Source: Fusobacteriales bacterium (lineage in GTDB: Bacteria; Fusobacteriota; Fusobacteriia; Fusobacteriales; Fusobacteriaceae). From it: a stretch of 64,000 bases of DNA. Shown here piece after piece: positions 32,305 to 41,908 of this stretch (its first letter is position 1; each line of letters starts with the position of its first letter). The notes below the pieces were generated by a model. It did not search any database. It saw only the letters and a program-made list of their open reading frames with translations, and had not been told where the DNA came from. The stretch spans positions 16,833 to 80,832 of the forward strand of contig JAICDD010000003.1 of assembly GCA_020063625.1 (NCBI GenBank). The letters run 5' to 3'. A program made the translations under genes and the position numbers.

Positions 32305-33450
32305 TTGAAAAAAATATTATTGTTTTTTATTTTATTATCAACACTTTCATTTTCATTTGATTATCAATTGTCATTAGATACTTTTGGACCTTTAATTCGA
32401 GTAGGTTTAAAACGTTTTGAAAATAATTCTGTTTATATAAAAGCTATTAATGGTAATTTATTAATAAAATACAATAACAAAACTACTATTCTTTCTAAAA
32501 ATAATAGTATAAATGTTAGTTATTCTAATAATAAAATAAAAATTTTAAACTCTACAACTGATAAAGTAATGATAAAAAAATTAGATATTATATCTATGTT
32601 TGATATTAGTAAAGATGGAAAAACTTATTCTACATATAGAGGTGAATTAGAGCTATTACCTGATAATAATAATATTCTTCCTATTAATATAGTAAGAACA
32701 GAAGAATATTTATATAGTGTTGTTCCTTCAGAAATAGGTTTTTCATTTCCTGATGAAGCAATAAAAGCTCAAGCTGTTGCTGCTAGAACATATTTATTTT
32801 ATTCTATGAGAAATAAAAAGTTTTCTTTATATGATGTAGAGGATGGTGTAACTTCTCAAGTATATTTAGGATATGATAAAGAAAACAAAAAAATAAATGA
32901 TTTAATTAATCAAACAGAAAATCAAGTTATTACTTATAATGGAGAATATATAAACGCGCTTTTTCATGCTAGTAGCGGTGGTTATACTGCTAATAGTGAA
33001 GATGTGTGGGGAACTGAAATACCTTATCTTAGAAGTGTTGATGATAGAGAAAATGATATAGAATCACCTAGAAAAGTATGGAATTATAAAATCAGTAAAC
33101 AAAGTTTTTCAAAATTAGTTGGATTTAATGTATCCTCTATTGAAATTATTGAAATAAAAAGTAAACGTGCAAAGAGAGTAAAGATAATTGGAGATAAAAC
33201 AATTATTATTTCTGGAGATAAATTACGTCAAATAGTAGGGTACTCTAAAATATTTAGCACAATGTTTACTGTAAAATCTTCAGGAAATTATTTTTATTTT
33301 TCTGGAAGTGGTTCTGGTCATGGTGTAGGACTTCCTCAATGGAGTGCTTATACTTTAGCTAAAAAAGGTGTAAATTATATTGATATATTAAAAAAATATT
33401 ATCAAAATATTGATATAAAAAATATAAATTATCAAGTTGCTGAAAAATAG
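32305..33450 (+). CDS. SpoIID/LytB domain protein
   Basis: EEYLYSVVPSEI, AIKAQAVAARTY, SQVYLG, GSGHGVGLPQ. Confidence 0.92.
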   Translation: MKKILLFFILLSTLSFSFDYQLSLDTFGPLIRVGLKRFENNSVYIKAINGNLLIKYNNKTTILSKNNSINVSYSNNKIKILNSTTDKVMIKKLDIISMFDISKDGKTYSTYRGELELLPDNNNILPINIVRTEEYLYSVVPSEIGFSFPDEAIKAQAVAARTYLFYSMRNKKFSLYDVEDGVTSQVYLGYDKENKKINDLINQTENQVITYNGEYINALFHASSGGYTANSEDVWGTEIPYLRSVDDRENDIESPRKVWNYKISKQSFSKLVGFNVSSIEIIEIKSKRAKRVKIIGDKTIIISGDKLRQIVGYSKIFSTMFTVKSSGNYFYFSGSGSGHGVGLPQWSAYTLAKKGVNYIDILKKYYQNIDIKNINYQVAEK

Positions 33451-33461
33451 AAAGGAATATA

Positions 33462-34814
33462 GTGAAAATTTATAATAAATTTTTATCAACTATACAAAAT
33501 AATAATTTAATTTCAAAAAATGATAAAATAGTTATTGCATTATCTGGTGGCCCTGATTCAGTTTGTTTATTTCATTTACTTTATAAATTACAAACTAAAT
33601 ATAATTTATCACTCTATTTTGCACATATTAATCACAATTTAAGAGGAATTAATGCTGATTTAGATGAAAAATTTGTAGTTGAATTAGGAAAAAAATACAA
33701 TATACCAACATATATTAAAAGTATTGATATAAAAGAATATTCTAAAAAAAATAAAATCAGTGAAGAAGAAGCTGGAAGAGAAGTAAGATATAATTTCTTT
33801 ACAGAAATAAAAAATAAAGTAGGTGCAAATAAGGTAGCTCTTGCACATATACTGGATGATAATGTAGAGACATTTATGTTTAGGCTATCACGAGGAACAT
33901 CTATTGATGGACTTTCTTCTATTCCTATAAAAAGAGATTATTATATTCGCCCTTTATTGTATATAAAAAAAGAGGAAATATTAAAATTTTTAGAAGATAA
34001 TAATTTGAGATATCGAATTGATGAAAGTAATTTTAAATCAATTTATACTAGAAATAAAATTCGACTTGAATTAATTCCTTATATTGAAAAAGAGTTTAAT
34101 TCAAATTTTAAAGATAAAATTATATTTTTAATAGATGAATTAAATGATATTAATAACTATTTTAAAAAAGAAGTTGATTATTATATAAATAATTCTAAAA
34201 ATAAGTTTAGTATTGATAAACTTTTATCTTTTCCAGAATATTTACAAAAAGAAATTATTAAAACTATATTAAAAAATAATAATATTATTTATAATAGAAA
34301 AAAAATTGATAAATTATTTAATATTTTACACTCAAATGGAAGTAAAGAATATTTATTAAATGAACAAAAGAAATTATATAAACTTTATAATGAATTTTAT
34401 ATTTCTAATAACAAAATTTCTAATTTTAATTCCATAGAAAAAACTTTAAAAATTAATTCAAATTTAATATTTAATGGTTATTATATTTCTATTAGAGAAA
34501 GTGACAAATATATTTCAAATAATAATATATTTTGCATTGATAAAGACAAAATAAAAGATGATAATTTTTTAATTCGTACAAGAAAAGAAGGCGATTTTTT
34601 TATACCAATTGGTTCAAAAAATAGAAAAAAATTAAAAGATTTTTTTATAAATGAAAAAATTGATAAATATAAAAGAAATTCTTTGCCTTTAATAATTAAT
34701 AATGATAAAATAGTTTGTGTTGGTAATATTCGATTAAGTGAAGAATTTAAAACTACCACAACTACTAAAAAATTTTTAATAATCGAACTTAAGGAGGTAG
34801 AAACTAATGAATAA
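33462..34814 (+). CDS. tilS: tRNA(Ile)-lysidine synthase
   Basis: ALSGGPDS, HINHNLRG, AHILDDNVET, YTRNKIR. Confidence 0.95.
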   Translation: MKIYNKFLSTIQNNNLISKNDKIVIALSGGPDSVCLFHLLYKLQTKYNLSLYFAHINHNLRGINADLDEKFVVELGKKYNIPTYIKSIDIKEYSKKNKISEEEAGREVRYNFFTEIKNKVGANKVALAHILDDNVETFMFRLSRGTSIDGLSSIPIKRDYYIRPLLYIKKEEILKFLEDNNLRYRIDESNFKSIYTRNKIRLELIPYIEKEFNSNFKDKIIFLIDELNDINNYFKKEVDYYINNSKNKFSIDKLLSFPEYLQKEIIKTILKNNNIIYNRKKIDKLFNILHSNGSKEYLLNEQKKLYKLYNEFYISNNKISNFNSIEKTLKINSNLIFNGYYISIRESDKYISNNNIFCIDKDKIKDDNFLIRTRKEGDFFIPIGSKNRKKLKDFFINEKIDKYKRNSLPLIINNDKIVCVGNIRLSEEFKTTTTTKKFLIIELKEVETNE

Positions 34815-36942
34815 TGATTATGAAAATCAAAATAATTCTCATAATAATGATGAAATTGAAAAAAATGAAAATAATCAAAATGAGAATAAAGAGTCTAGTG
34901 AAAAAGAAAATCTTAATTCTAATGATTCTAAAGAAAATTTAGATTCTAAGGAAGAAAAAGAAACTAAACCAAAAGAAGAAAAAAAAGATACAGAAGAAAA
35001 AAAGGACAAAAAAGATAAAGATAAAATACTAGAAGAATTATTTTCTGATGAAAATAGCGAAAAAAAATTAAAAGTTAATTTTAAAAATATTGTATTAATT
35101 CTTTTTGTAATTGTTCTTGTTATATCTATACCAAATCTTTTATCAACTTCTACAACTCAAACAATAAAAGAAGTATCATATACCGAATTTGTTAATACTG
35201 TTAAAGATGGAAATGTAAGAAGAGTTGAAGAAAAAGAAGACTATTTATACGCATATGATGAAGTAACAAAACAAAAATATAAAACTAAAATGATTACTTA
35301 TAGAATTTCTCAAGATGAAAAATTAATGAGTATTATTGATGAAAAAAATATTGATGTAATATCTTTAGAGCCTGATAGAATGCCACTTTTATTAACTAAT
35401 ATATTCTTATCATGGTCACCAATGATATTACTTATAGTTGTTTGGGTTTTCTTATTAAATAGAATGAATAGAGGAAATAGCAATAGTGGTGGACCTCAAA
35501 TATTTAATATTGGTAAATCAAAAACAAAAGATGGAAATTCGCAAAAAGTAAAAGTTACATTTAATGACGTAGCTGGAGCTGATGAAGCAAAAGTAGAGCT
35601 TCAAGAAATTGTAGAATTTTTAAAAGAACCTAAAAAATTCTTGAAAGCTGGAGCTAAAATCCCTAAAGGTGTTTTATTAATGGGAGCACCTGGTACAGGT
35701 AAGACTCTTTTAGCAAAAGCTGTAGCAGGAGAAGCAAATGTTCCATTTTTCAGTATCTCAGGTTCTGAATTTGTTGAAATGTTTGTTGGGGTTGGAGCTT
35801 CGAGAGTAAGAGATTTATTTGGAAAAGCTAGAAAAAATGCACCTTGTATTGTATTTATAGATGAAATTGATGCTGTTGGTAGAAAAAGAGGAAGCGGACA
35901 AGGTGGAGGAAATGACGAAAGAGAGCAAACTCTAAACCAATTACTTGTTGAAATGGATGGTTTTGGAAATGATGAAACTATTATAGTTATTGCTGCTACT
36001 AATAGACCTGAAATACTTGATAAAGCTCTTATGAGACCAGGTAGATTTGATAGACAAGTAGTTGTTGATAGACCTGATAAAAAAGGAAGAGAAGAAATAT
36101 TAAAAGTACATTCTAAAAATAAAAAATTAGCAGATGATGTGGATTTACAAGTATTAGCTAGAAAAACTCCTGGATTTGTAGGTGCTGATTTAGCTAACTT
36201 ATTAAATGAAGCTGCAATCTTAGCTGCTAGAGACAATAGAGTTGTTATTACTATGGCTGATTTAGAAGAAGCTAGTGAAAAGGTTTCTATTGGACCTGAA
36301 AGAAAATCTAGACTTACTGTTGAAAAAGAAAAATATATAGTAGCATATCATGAAGTAGGACATACATTAGTACAATGGATGATTCCTCATACTGACCCTG
36401 TACATAAAGTTACTATTGTTCCTAGAGGAATGGCTGCACTTGGTTATACTATGAGTTTACCTAGTGAAGATAAATATTTAAAATCTAAAAATGAATATTT
36501 ATCAGAAATGAAAGCACTTCTTGGAGGAAGAGCTGCTGAAGAGCTTGTATTTGGAGATATTACTACTGGAGCAAGTAATGATATAGAAAGAGCTACAAAA
36601 ATGGCTCTTGCAATGGTTACTCGTTTTGGTATGATAGATAAATTTGGTCCTATCATGCTTGATGATTCTCAAGAAGGAGATTGGTTTAAACAAAGAATTT
36701 ATAGTGAAGAAACAGCAAAATTAATAGATGAAGAAGTTAAAAAACTTATTAATGATGCATATAATGCTGCTAAAAAAATACTATCTGATAATATAGAGCT
36801 TCTTGAAAAAATTTCATTACAACTTCTTGAAAAAGAAACTATAATGTCTGATGAATTAGAAGAAATTATAGGTTTCCCACAAGTAAAAGAAGATTTTTTA
36901 AAAGATACTATTACAGAAAATTTAAAGAAATATAAAAATTAA
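34807..36942 (+). CDS. ftsH: ATP-dependent zinc metalloprotease FtsH
   Basis: Walker A GAPGTGKT, FIDEID, SRH, HEVGH Zn motif. Confidence 0.97.
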   Translation: MNNDYENQNNSHNNDEIEKNENNQNENKESSEKENLNSNDSKENLDSKEEKETKPKEEKKDTEEKKDKKDKDKILEELFSDENSEKKLKVNFKNIVLILFVIVLVISIPNLLSTSTTQTIKEVSYTEFVNTVKDGNVRRVEEKEDYLYAYDEVTKQKYKTKMITYRISQDEKLMSIIDEKNIDVISLEPDRMPLLLTNIFLSWSPMILLIVVWVFLLNRMNRGNSNSGGPQIFNIGKSKTKDGNSQKVKVTFNDVAGADEAKVELQEIVEFLKEPKKFLKAGAKIPKGVLLMGAPGTGKTLLAKAVAGEANVPFFSISGSEFVEMFVGVGASRVRDLFGKARKNAPCIVFIDEIDAVGRKRGSGQGGGNDEREQTLNQLLVEMDGFGNDETIIVIAATNRPEILDKALMRPGRFDRQVVVDRPDKKGREEILKVHSKNKKLADDVDLQVLARKTPGFVGADLANLLNEAAILAARDNRVVITMADLEEASEKVSIGPERKSRLTVEKEKYIVAYHEVGHTLVQWMIPHTDPVHKVTIVPRGMAALGYTMSLPSEDKYLKSKNEYLSEMKALLGGRAAEELVFGDITTGASNDIERATKMALAMVTRFGMIDKFGPIMLDDSQEGDWFKQRIYSEETAKLIDEEVKKLINDAYNAAKKILSDNIELLEKISLQLLEKETIMSDELEEIIGFPQVKEDFLKDTITENLKKYKN

Positions 36943-36945
36943 TTC

Positions 36946-36974
36946 TTTACACAATTTATTAATTGTGGTATAAT
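36946..36974 (+). promoter_or_regulatory. rpsO promoter
   Basis: TTTACA, N17, extended TGnTATAAT. Confidence 0.75.
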
Positions 36975-36987
36975 ACATTGCATTTAT

Positions 36988-37024
36988 TCTAGGTTTGATA
37001 GCTTTTGCCGGCTTCATACTTGGA
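36988..37024 (+). promoter_or_regulatory. candidate S15 autoregulatory leader
   Basis: Nested stems TCTAGGT/ACTTGGA, TGA/TCA, AGC/GCT in the rpsO 5' UTR. Confidence 0.4.
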
Positions 37025-37055
37025 TTAAATAATAATATAATTAGGAGGTAACAAA

Positions 37056-37316
37056 ATGTTGGCAAACAAACAAGATTTAGTTAAAAAATTTGGAAAAAAT
37101 GAAAAAGATACTGGTTCTACAGAAGTTCAAGTAGCTATCTTAACAGATAGAATCAATCATTTAACTGAGCACTTAAAAATTCATAAAAAAGATCATCATT
37201 CAAGATTAGGTCTTTTAAAAATGGTTGGTAAAAGAAGAAGATTATTAAACTACTTAAAATCTAAAGATTTAGAAGGATACAGAACTTTAATAAAAGAATT
37301 AGGAATAAGAAAATAA
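37056..37316 (+). CDS. rpsO: 30S ribosomal protein S15
   Basis: [34 protein letters not shown]. Confidence 0.98.
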   Translation: MLANKQDLVKKFGKNEKDTGSTEVQVAILTDRINHLTEHLKIHKKDHHSRLGLLKMVGKRRRLLNYLKSKDLEGYRTLIKELGIRK

Positions 37317-37324
37317 TTCATTTT

Positions 37325-37352
37325 AGAGATAGCAATATGCTATCTCTTTTTT
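37325..37352 (+). terminator. intrinsic terminator
   Basis: AGAGATAGCA/TGCTATCTCT plus T run. Confidence 0.85.
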
Positions 37353-37361
37353 AATTAAAAC

Positions 37362-37400
37362 TTAAAAACGAGCCCTTTAATTTAAGAACTCGTTTAATTA
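37362..37400. repeat. REP-like palindrome copy
   Basis: TTAAAAACGAGCCCTT-taattt-AAGAACTCGTTTAATTA. Confidence 0.78.
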
Positions 37401-37404
37401 TAAA

Positions 37405-37908
37405 CTAAAATATTTTTATTCCTAATGATAATGTAAGCATTGTCATTGTATCATCTGTACCATTTATTGTTACAGGATAATTTGTATAAAGTAGTTCTCC
37501 TTGAGAATTAAATATATCTATCCCAAGTCCCATCCCCCAAAATGTACTTGTATCTAAAGAAGTAAATCCAGATTCTGTATATGGAGTCATATATCCATAT
37601 TTACCTACAAGATAAGGTTTAAAAGCTACTGGAAATAAATTATATTTAAAATATCCATAAGTTAATCTAGGTGCAAATTTTTCTCCTGTACTTAAACTAA
37701 TTGATTTATCCCATTGCATTCCTGCTCCAATTGAAAATGTAATCAAATCTTGTCCTGCTTCTAATCCAACTCCTAATCTTGCACTATTATCTGTTTCACC
37801 TGAAGTTTGAAAAGTAGTATTCGTACTAACTGGTATTCTTAGTGTTATATCAAGTGCATAAACTTGAACTCCTATTAATAAACATAGTAATATTAATATT
37901 TTTTTCAT
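37405..37908 (-). CDS. small outer-membrane beta-barrel protein
   Basis: Signal peptide (…VQVYA), alternating beta-strand pattern, C-terminal Phe (LSLGIKIF). Confidence 0.75.
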   Translation of the reverse strand: MKKILILLCLLIGVQVYALDITLRIPVSTNTTFQTSGETDNSARLGVGLEAGQDLITFSIGAGMQWDKSISLSTGEKFAPRLTYGYFKYNLFPVAFKPYLVGKYGYMTPYTESGFTSLDTSTFWGMGLGIDIFNSQGELLYTNYPVTINGTDDTMTMLTLSLGIKIF

Positions 37909-38067
37909 ATATCATTCTCCTTTCTAATTAAATTTTAATTTTTAGCTTATATTATTCTATATATTAATTATCGTAATAATTATTTTTTTTTAAAGGAAAT
38001 ATTAAATTTTGTCATATAATAATATTAAGCAGCACCTTATACAATTAAATATTTGGAGGTGGTTTAC

Positions 38068-38232
38068 ATGTTTATGGATAAGCTTACTTTTTACGAACAA
38101 CTTTACTTAGAAGAATTAAATGCCGTAGAGTTTGAACTAAAGAATAACCCCTTTAATAAAAAATATGTAGATGAATGGGTCGCTTTAGCTAAAGTATTAA
38201 ATGAAATTCAAGTAGCAAAAAGTAATAATTAA
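38068..38232 (+). CDS. 54-aa hypothetical protein (not in ORF track)
   Basis: GGAGGTG RBS; MFMDKLTFYEQLYLEELNAVEFELKNNPFNKKYVDEWVALAKVLNEIQVAKSNN*; terminator directly after. Confidence 0.65.
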   Translation: MFMDKLTFYEQLYLEELNAVEFELKNNPFNKKYVDEWVALAKVLNEIQVAKSNN

Positions 38233-38240
38233 ATATATTT

Positions 38241-38270
38241 AAAAAATGAGAGTTTTTACTCTCATTTTTT
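38241..38270. terminator. bidirectional intrinsic terminator
   Basis: AAAAAATGAGAG-ttttta-CTCTCATTTTTT. Confidence 0.8.
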
Positions 38271-39141
38271 ATTGTTGCATAATAATTATATCTATATTTT
38301 CTTTATTTTTAATTAAAGTTGCATATTCTAATGCTATTTTTTTTAGAAATATATCTTTAGATTCTAAAATATACTCTCCATCTTTTTCAAAAATTTCAAG
38401 TTTTATATATTTTTCAAATCTTGTTTGTTCTTTTACTAAGTTATCTAAATTTTTATCTTTTAATAATATTATTCTCCACTGTTTTATTTCTAATTCAGAG
38501 TTTATTTCAAATAAATTATTGAGTTTATTACTTATATCTATAGCTATCTCTTTTGGAAATTTATCTTTACTTATTATATATTCTTTATCATTTACTTTTA
38601 TTTCCATAATATCTAATATTTCTTTTAATTTATTTTTTATTTCTTCTTTTTTTGATAAATCACCAAAATTAATATTATAAATATTAGCAAAATCATCTAT
38701 TTCTTTATTTTTATTTTCTATAAAAACTATTTTATTTTCTTTAGACGGTATTTTTATATCTTTTTTTATCTCATTAGATTCTTTTTTTTCTACTTTTTTA
38801 TTTTTTTCTTTTTCTTTATACTCTATTTTTTCTTTTATATCTTCTGTTTTTTCTATTAATGATACTTTTTCTGTGCTTTTATTATTTTGAATTTTTTCTG
38901 TTTTCTCTATTTTGGTTATTTCTTGTTTTTTTGTTTTTTCAGTATTTATCTCTTCAATAGTTTTTAATAATTTTTCAAATTCCTCTTTTGTTTTTTCTAC
39001 TTCATCAGATGTTTTCTCTTTTTCTACTATTTTTTCTTTAGATTTTAAAATAGTTTTTTCTTCTTTTAAAGTAGTTTTCATTATAATTCCTGTTATTAAA
39101 ATAGCTAGTCCAAATCCTAATAAAAAATAGTTTTTATACAT
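38269..39141 (-). CDS. hypothetical membrane-anchored protein with Lys/Glu-rich linker
   Basis: N-terminal TM, ~110 aa K/E/T low-complexity region, C-terminal domain; GGAGG RBS. Confidence 0.7.
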   Translation of the reverse strand: MYKNYFLLGFGLAILITGIIMKTTLKEEKTILKSKEKIVEKEKTSDEVEKTKEEFEKLLKTIEEINTEKTKKQEITKIEKTEKIQNNKSTEKVSLIEKTEDIKEKIEYKEKEKNKKVEKKESNEIKKDIKIPSKENKIVFIENKNKEIDDFANIYNINFGDLSKKEEIKNKLKEILDIMEIKVNDKEYIISKDKFPKEIAIDISNKLNNLFEINSELEIKQWRIILLKDKNLDNLVKEQTRFEKYIKLEIFEKDGEYILESKDIFLKKIALEYATLIKNKENIDIIIMQQ

Positions 39142-39210
39142 TTTTCCTCCATAATATTAGTCATAATCATACTTATTATACTATAATTATAGAAGAATTT
39201 CAAAATGTAT

Positions 39211-39873
39211 TTATTCTTCTTCTAATAATTTATCTTCATCTAAGATTTTATATTCATTTTTCCCTATTCTTTCTAATATCTCTTTATCAACTAATTGAGA
39301 TAAAGTTCTTGAAAGTGATGGTCTAGCTACTCCAAAAGTTTCTGCTATATCCTTTAACGACTTATGAAATTTAAATGTATTTTCTTCTGTAATATGTTCG
39401 TTTATATAATCTCTCAATTTTTCTACAATTGATTTATTTTTAAAATTAAACCATATTTTCTTACTTAAAAACTGTGTTTTTGTAGATATATTATTTAAAT
39501 AATTTAATAGTATTTGTTCATTTAATCTAAAGAGTTTTAATAATTCAGATTTTGTAATACAAAATATTTCGGCATCTGTTTTACAATAGATATCTACTGG
39601 ATAATAATTCATTTTTCCAAAAATAAATGCACTTGCTACTATATCTCCTTTTTTTAATTCATCAATTTTGATACATTTACCATCATCTTTTTGCATTTCT
39701 GTATATAAAAATCCATCTAATAAAATCAACATATTTTCAACTTTATCACCACGAAATGCTATTACTTCATCTTTTTCATATTTTTTTATATTATATCTTA
39801 CTTTTTTTAAAATATTCTCTATTTCAATTTCATCTAATCCTTTAAAAATAGACATTTCAACTAATCTTTTCAT
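39211..39873 (-). CDS. Crp/Fnr-family regulator (HcpR-like)
   Basis: cNMP-like N-domain (GDIVASAFIFG, YPVDI) plus HTH (IAETFGVARPSLSRTL); no FNR Cys cluster; start moved to ATG 39873. Confidence 0.88.
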   Translation of the reverse strand: MKRLVEMSIFKGLDEIEIENILKKVRYNIKKYEKDEVIAFRGDKVENMLILLDGFLYTEMQKDDGKCIKIDELKKGDIVASAFIFGKMNYYPVDIYCKTDAEIFCITKSELLKLFRLNEQILLNYLNNISTKTQFLSKKIWFNFKNKSIVEKLRDYINEHITEENTFKFHKSLKDIAETFGVARPSLSRTLSQLVDKEILERIGKNEYKILDEDKLLEEE

Positions 39874-39910
39874 TACATACCTCACTTTTTTTGTTATAAT
39901 ATATAATATA

Positions 39911-39952
39911 GTAACTTATGTTACTGAAAAAATCAATAGAAAATTGTATACT
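39911..39952 (+). promoter_or_regulatory. Crp/Fnr-type operator GTAAC-N4-GTTAC and -10 of the downstream operon
   Basis: GTAACttatGTTAC (39911-39924); -10 TATACT (39947-39952) puts the site centre at about -41.5. Confidence 0.7.
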
Positions 39953-39996
39953 TATTTTGTAAAGAAAAGAGATGTAAATTTTTAGGAGGTAATAAT

Positions 39997-41205
39997 ATGA
40001 GCTTTATAAATAAAGAGATGACAATAATAGATATACTAAATAAATATCCAGAAACAATAGAATTTTTTAAATCTAAAGGATTTAAAGGATTAGAAAATGA
40101 AGCAATGTTAAAAACTGTAGGAAAAATATCATTAGAACAAAGTGTAAAATTAAAAAAATTATCTATCCAAGCATTTGTTGATAGTCTTAATGATTTTATT
40201 TCTCATAACATTGAAAGTGAAGATATAACATTAAAAAATTCAGAAATAAAAGATGATAGTGATATCTCAATCACTGGACTTTTACCTTGTCCTGTAAGAG
40301 TTCCATTATTAGAAGGTTTTGAAGAATTTAAAAAACAAAATTCTTTAGATATTTCTGCTGATTTAAAAGCTGCATCAAGTGGACTTGATTGGCTAAAAGA
40401 AAGTATAAAAAAAGATAGTTCAAATATTTCAGATATATTTATTTCTGCAGGTTTTGATTTATTCTTTGAAGATGAATTAATGGGACAATATAGAAAAGAA
40501 AAACTATTTGAAGATATTACAGGAATAAAAGAGTATAATAAAGATTTTAAAGATTTAAATATAAAAGATCCAAATAATTATTATTCTATAATCTCTGTAG
40601 TTCCAGCTGTATTTTTAGTAAATACTGAAGAATTAGGAGATAGAAAATTCCCTAAAACATGGGCTGATATACTATCAGATGAGTATGAAAACTCTATAAG
40701 CTTACCTGTATCAGATTTTGATTTATTTAATGCTATCCTTTTAAATATATACAAATTATATGGAGAAGATGGTGTAAAAAGACTTGGAAGAGCTTTACTT
40801 AGAAGTATGCATCCTGCTCAAATGGTAAAATCAGATAGATTAAAAATGAAAAAGCCTGTTGTAACTATTATGCCATATTTCTTTACAAAAATGACAGGTC
40901 AAGGTGGTCCTATGGTAGCACAGTGGCCAGAAGATGGTGCTATTATATCACCAATATTTATGCTAACTAAAAAAGATAAAAAAGATAAGTTAGAAAAAAT
41001 AGCTAAATTCTTTGCTTCAAAAGAGGTAGGAGAAATATTATCACATAAAGGTTTATTCCCATCAACACATCCTGAAATTGATAATAAACTAGAAAATAAC
41101 AAATTTATTTGGCTTGGATGGGATTTTATAAATTCAAACGATATTGGTAAATTAATTAATTATTGTGAAGATATATTTAATAATTCAATTAAGGAGGATG
41201 AATAA
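39997..41205 (+). CDS. DUF1858 + solute-binding-protein-fold protein without signal peptide
   Basis: N-terminal INKEMTIIDILNKYPETIEFF (DUF1858-like); GLLPCPVR; SBP-fold motifs (PKTWADIL, WPEDGAIISP). Confidence 0.8.
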   Translation: MSFINKEMTIIDILNKYPETIEFFKSKGFKGLENEAMLKTVGKISLEQSVKLKKLSIQAFVDSLNDFISHNIESEDITLKNSEIKDDSDISITGLLPCPVRVPLLEGFEEFKKQNSLDISADLKAASSGLDWLKESIKKDSSNISDIFISAGFDLFFEDELMGQYRKEKLFEDITGIKEYNKDFKDLNIKDPNNYYSIISVVPAVFLVNTEELGDRKFPKTWADILSDEYENSISLPVSDFDLFNAILLNIYKLYGEDGVKRLGRALLRSMHPAQMVKSDRLKMKKPVVTIMPYFFTKMTGQGGPMVAQWPEDGAIISPIFMLTKKDKKDKLEKIAKFFASKEVGEILSHKGLFPSTHPEIDNKLENNKFIWLGWDFINSNDIGKLINYCEDIFNNSIKEDE

Positions 41206-41206
41206 A

Positions 41207-41908
41207 ATGAATTTAATAACATTTTCTGGTCCACCTTCATCAGGTAAGACATCAGTTATTATTAAAACTATAGAAAGCTTTAAACAAAGAGATATAAAAG
41301 TAGGAGTAGTAAAATTTGACTGTTTATATACAGATGATGATTTGATATATGAAAAAATTGGAATCCCTGTAAAAAAAGGATTGTCTGCTTCACTTTGCCC
41401 TGATCATTATTTTGTAAGTAATATTGAAGAAGTTGTACAATGGGGAAGAAAAAATAATTTAGATATTTTAATTACAGAAAGTGCTGGACTTTGTAATAGA
41501 TGTTCACCTTATATTCAAGATATAAAAGCTATATGTGTAATAGATAATTTAAGTGGTATTAATACACCAAAAAAAATAGGCCCTATGTTAAAAAGTGCTG
41601 ATATTGTAGTTATTACAAAAGGAGATATTGTATCTCAAGCAGAAAGAGAAGTATTTGCTTCTAGAGTAAATTCAGTAAATCCAAAAGCTAAAACAATACA
41701 TATAAATGGATTAACTGGTCAAGGAGCTTATGAATTATCTACACTTATGTATGATAATAATGAAAATATAGAAACATTAAAAGGAAAAAAATTAAGATTT
41801 TCTATGCCTTCAGCTCTTTGTTCATACTGTTTAGGTGAAACAAGAATTGGAGAAGAACATCAAATGGGAAATGTAAGAAAAATAGATTTGGGTGATGACA
41901 ATGCTTAA
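41207..41908 (+). CDS. CobW/HypB/UreG-family (G3E) P-loop GTPase, Cys-rich
   Basis: GPPSSGKT, CPDH, ITESAGLCNRCSP, ITKGD, CSYCLGE; start moved to the ATG after AAGGAGG. Confidence 0.88.
   Translation: MNLITFSGPPSSGKTSVIIKTIESFKQRDIKVGVVKFDCLYTDDDLIYEKIGIPVKKGLSASLCPDHYFVSNIEEVVQWGRKNNLDILITESAGLCNRCSPYIQDIKAICVIDNLSGINTPKKIGPMLKSADIVVITKGDIVSQAEREVFASRVNSVNPKAKTIHINGLTGQGAYELSTLMYDNNENIETLKGKKLRFSMPSALCSYCLGETRIGEEHQMGNVRKIDLGDDNA

Noticed and set aside
34807-35070. Asn/Glu/Lys-rich FtsH N-terminal extension as a separate element
   Set aside because: In frame, no DNA-level tandem unit; a low-complexity cytoplasmic tail
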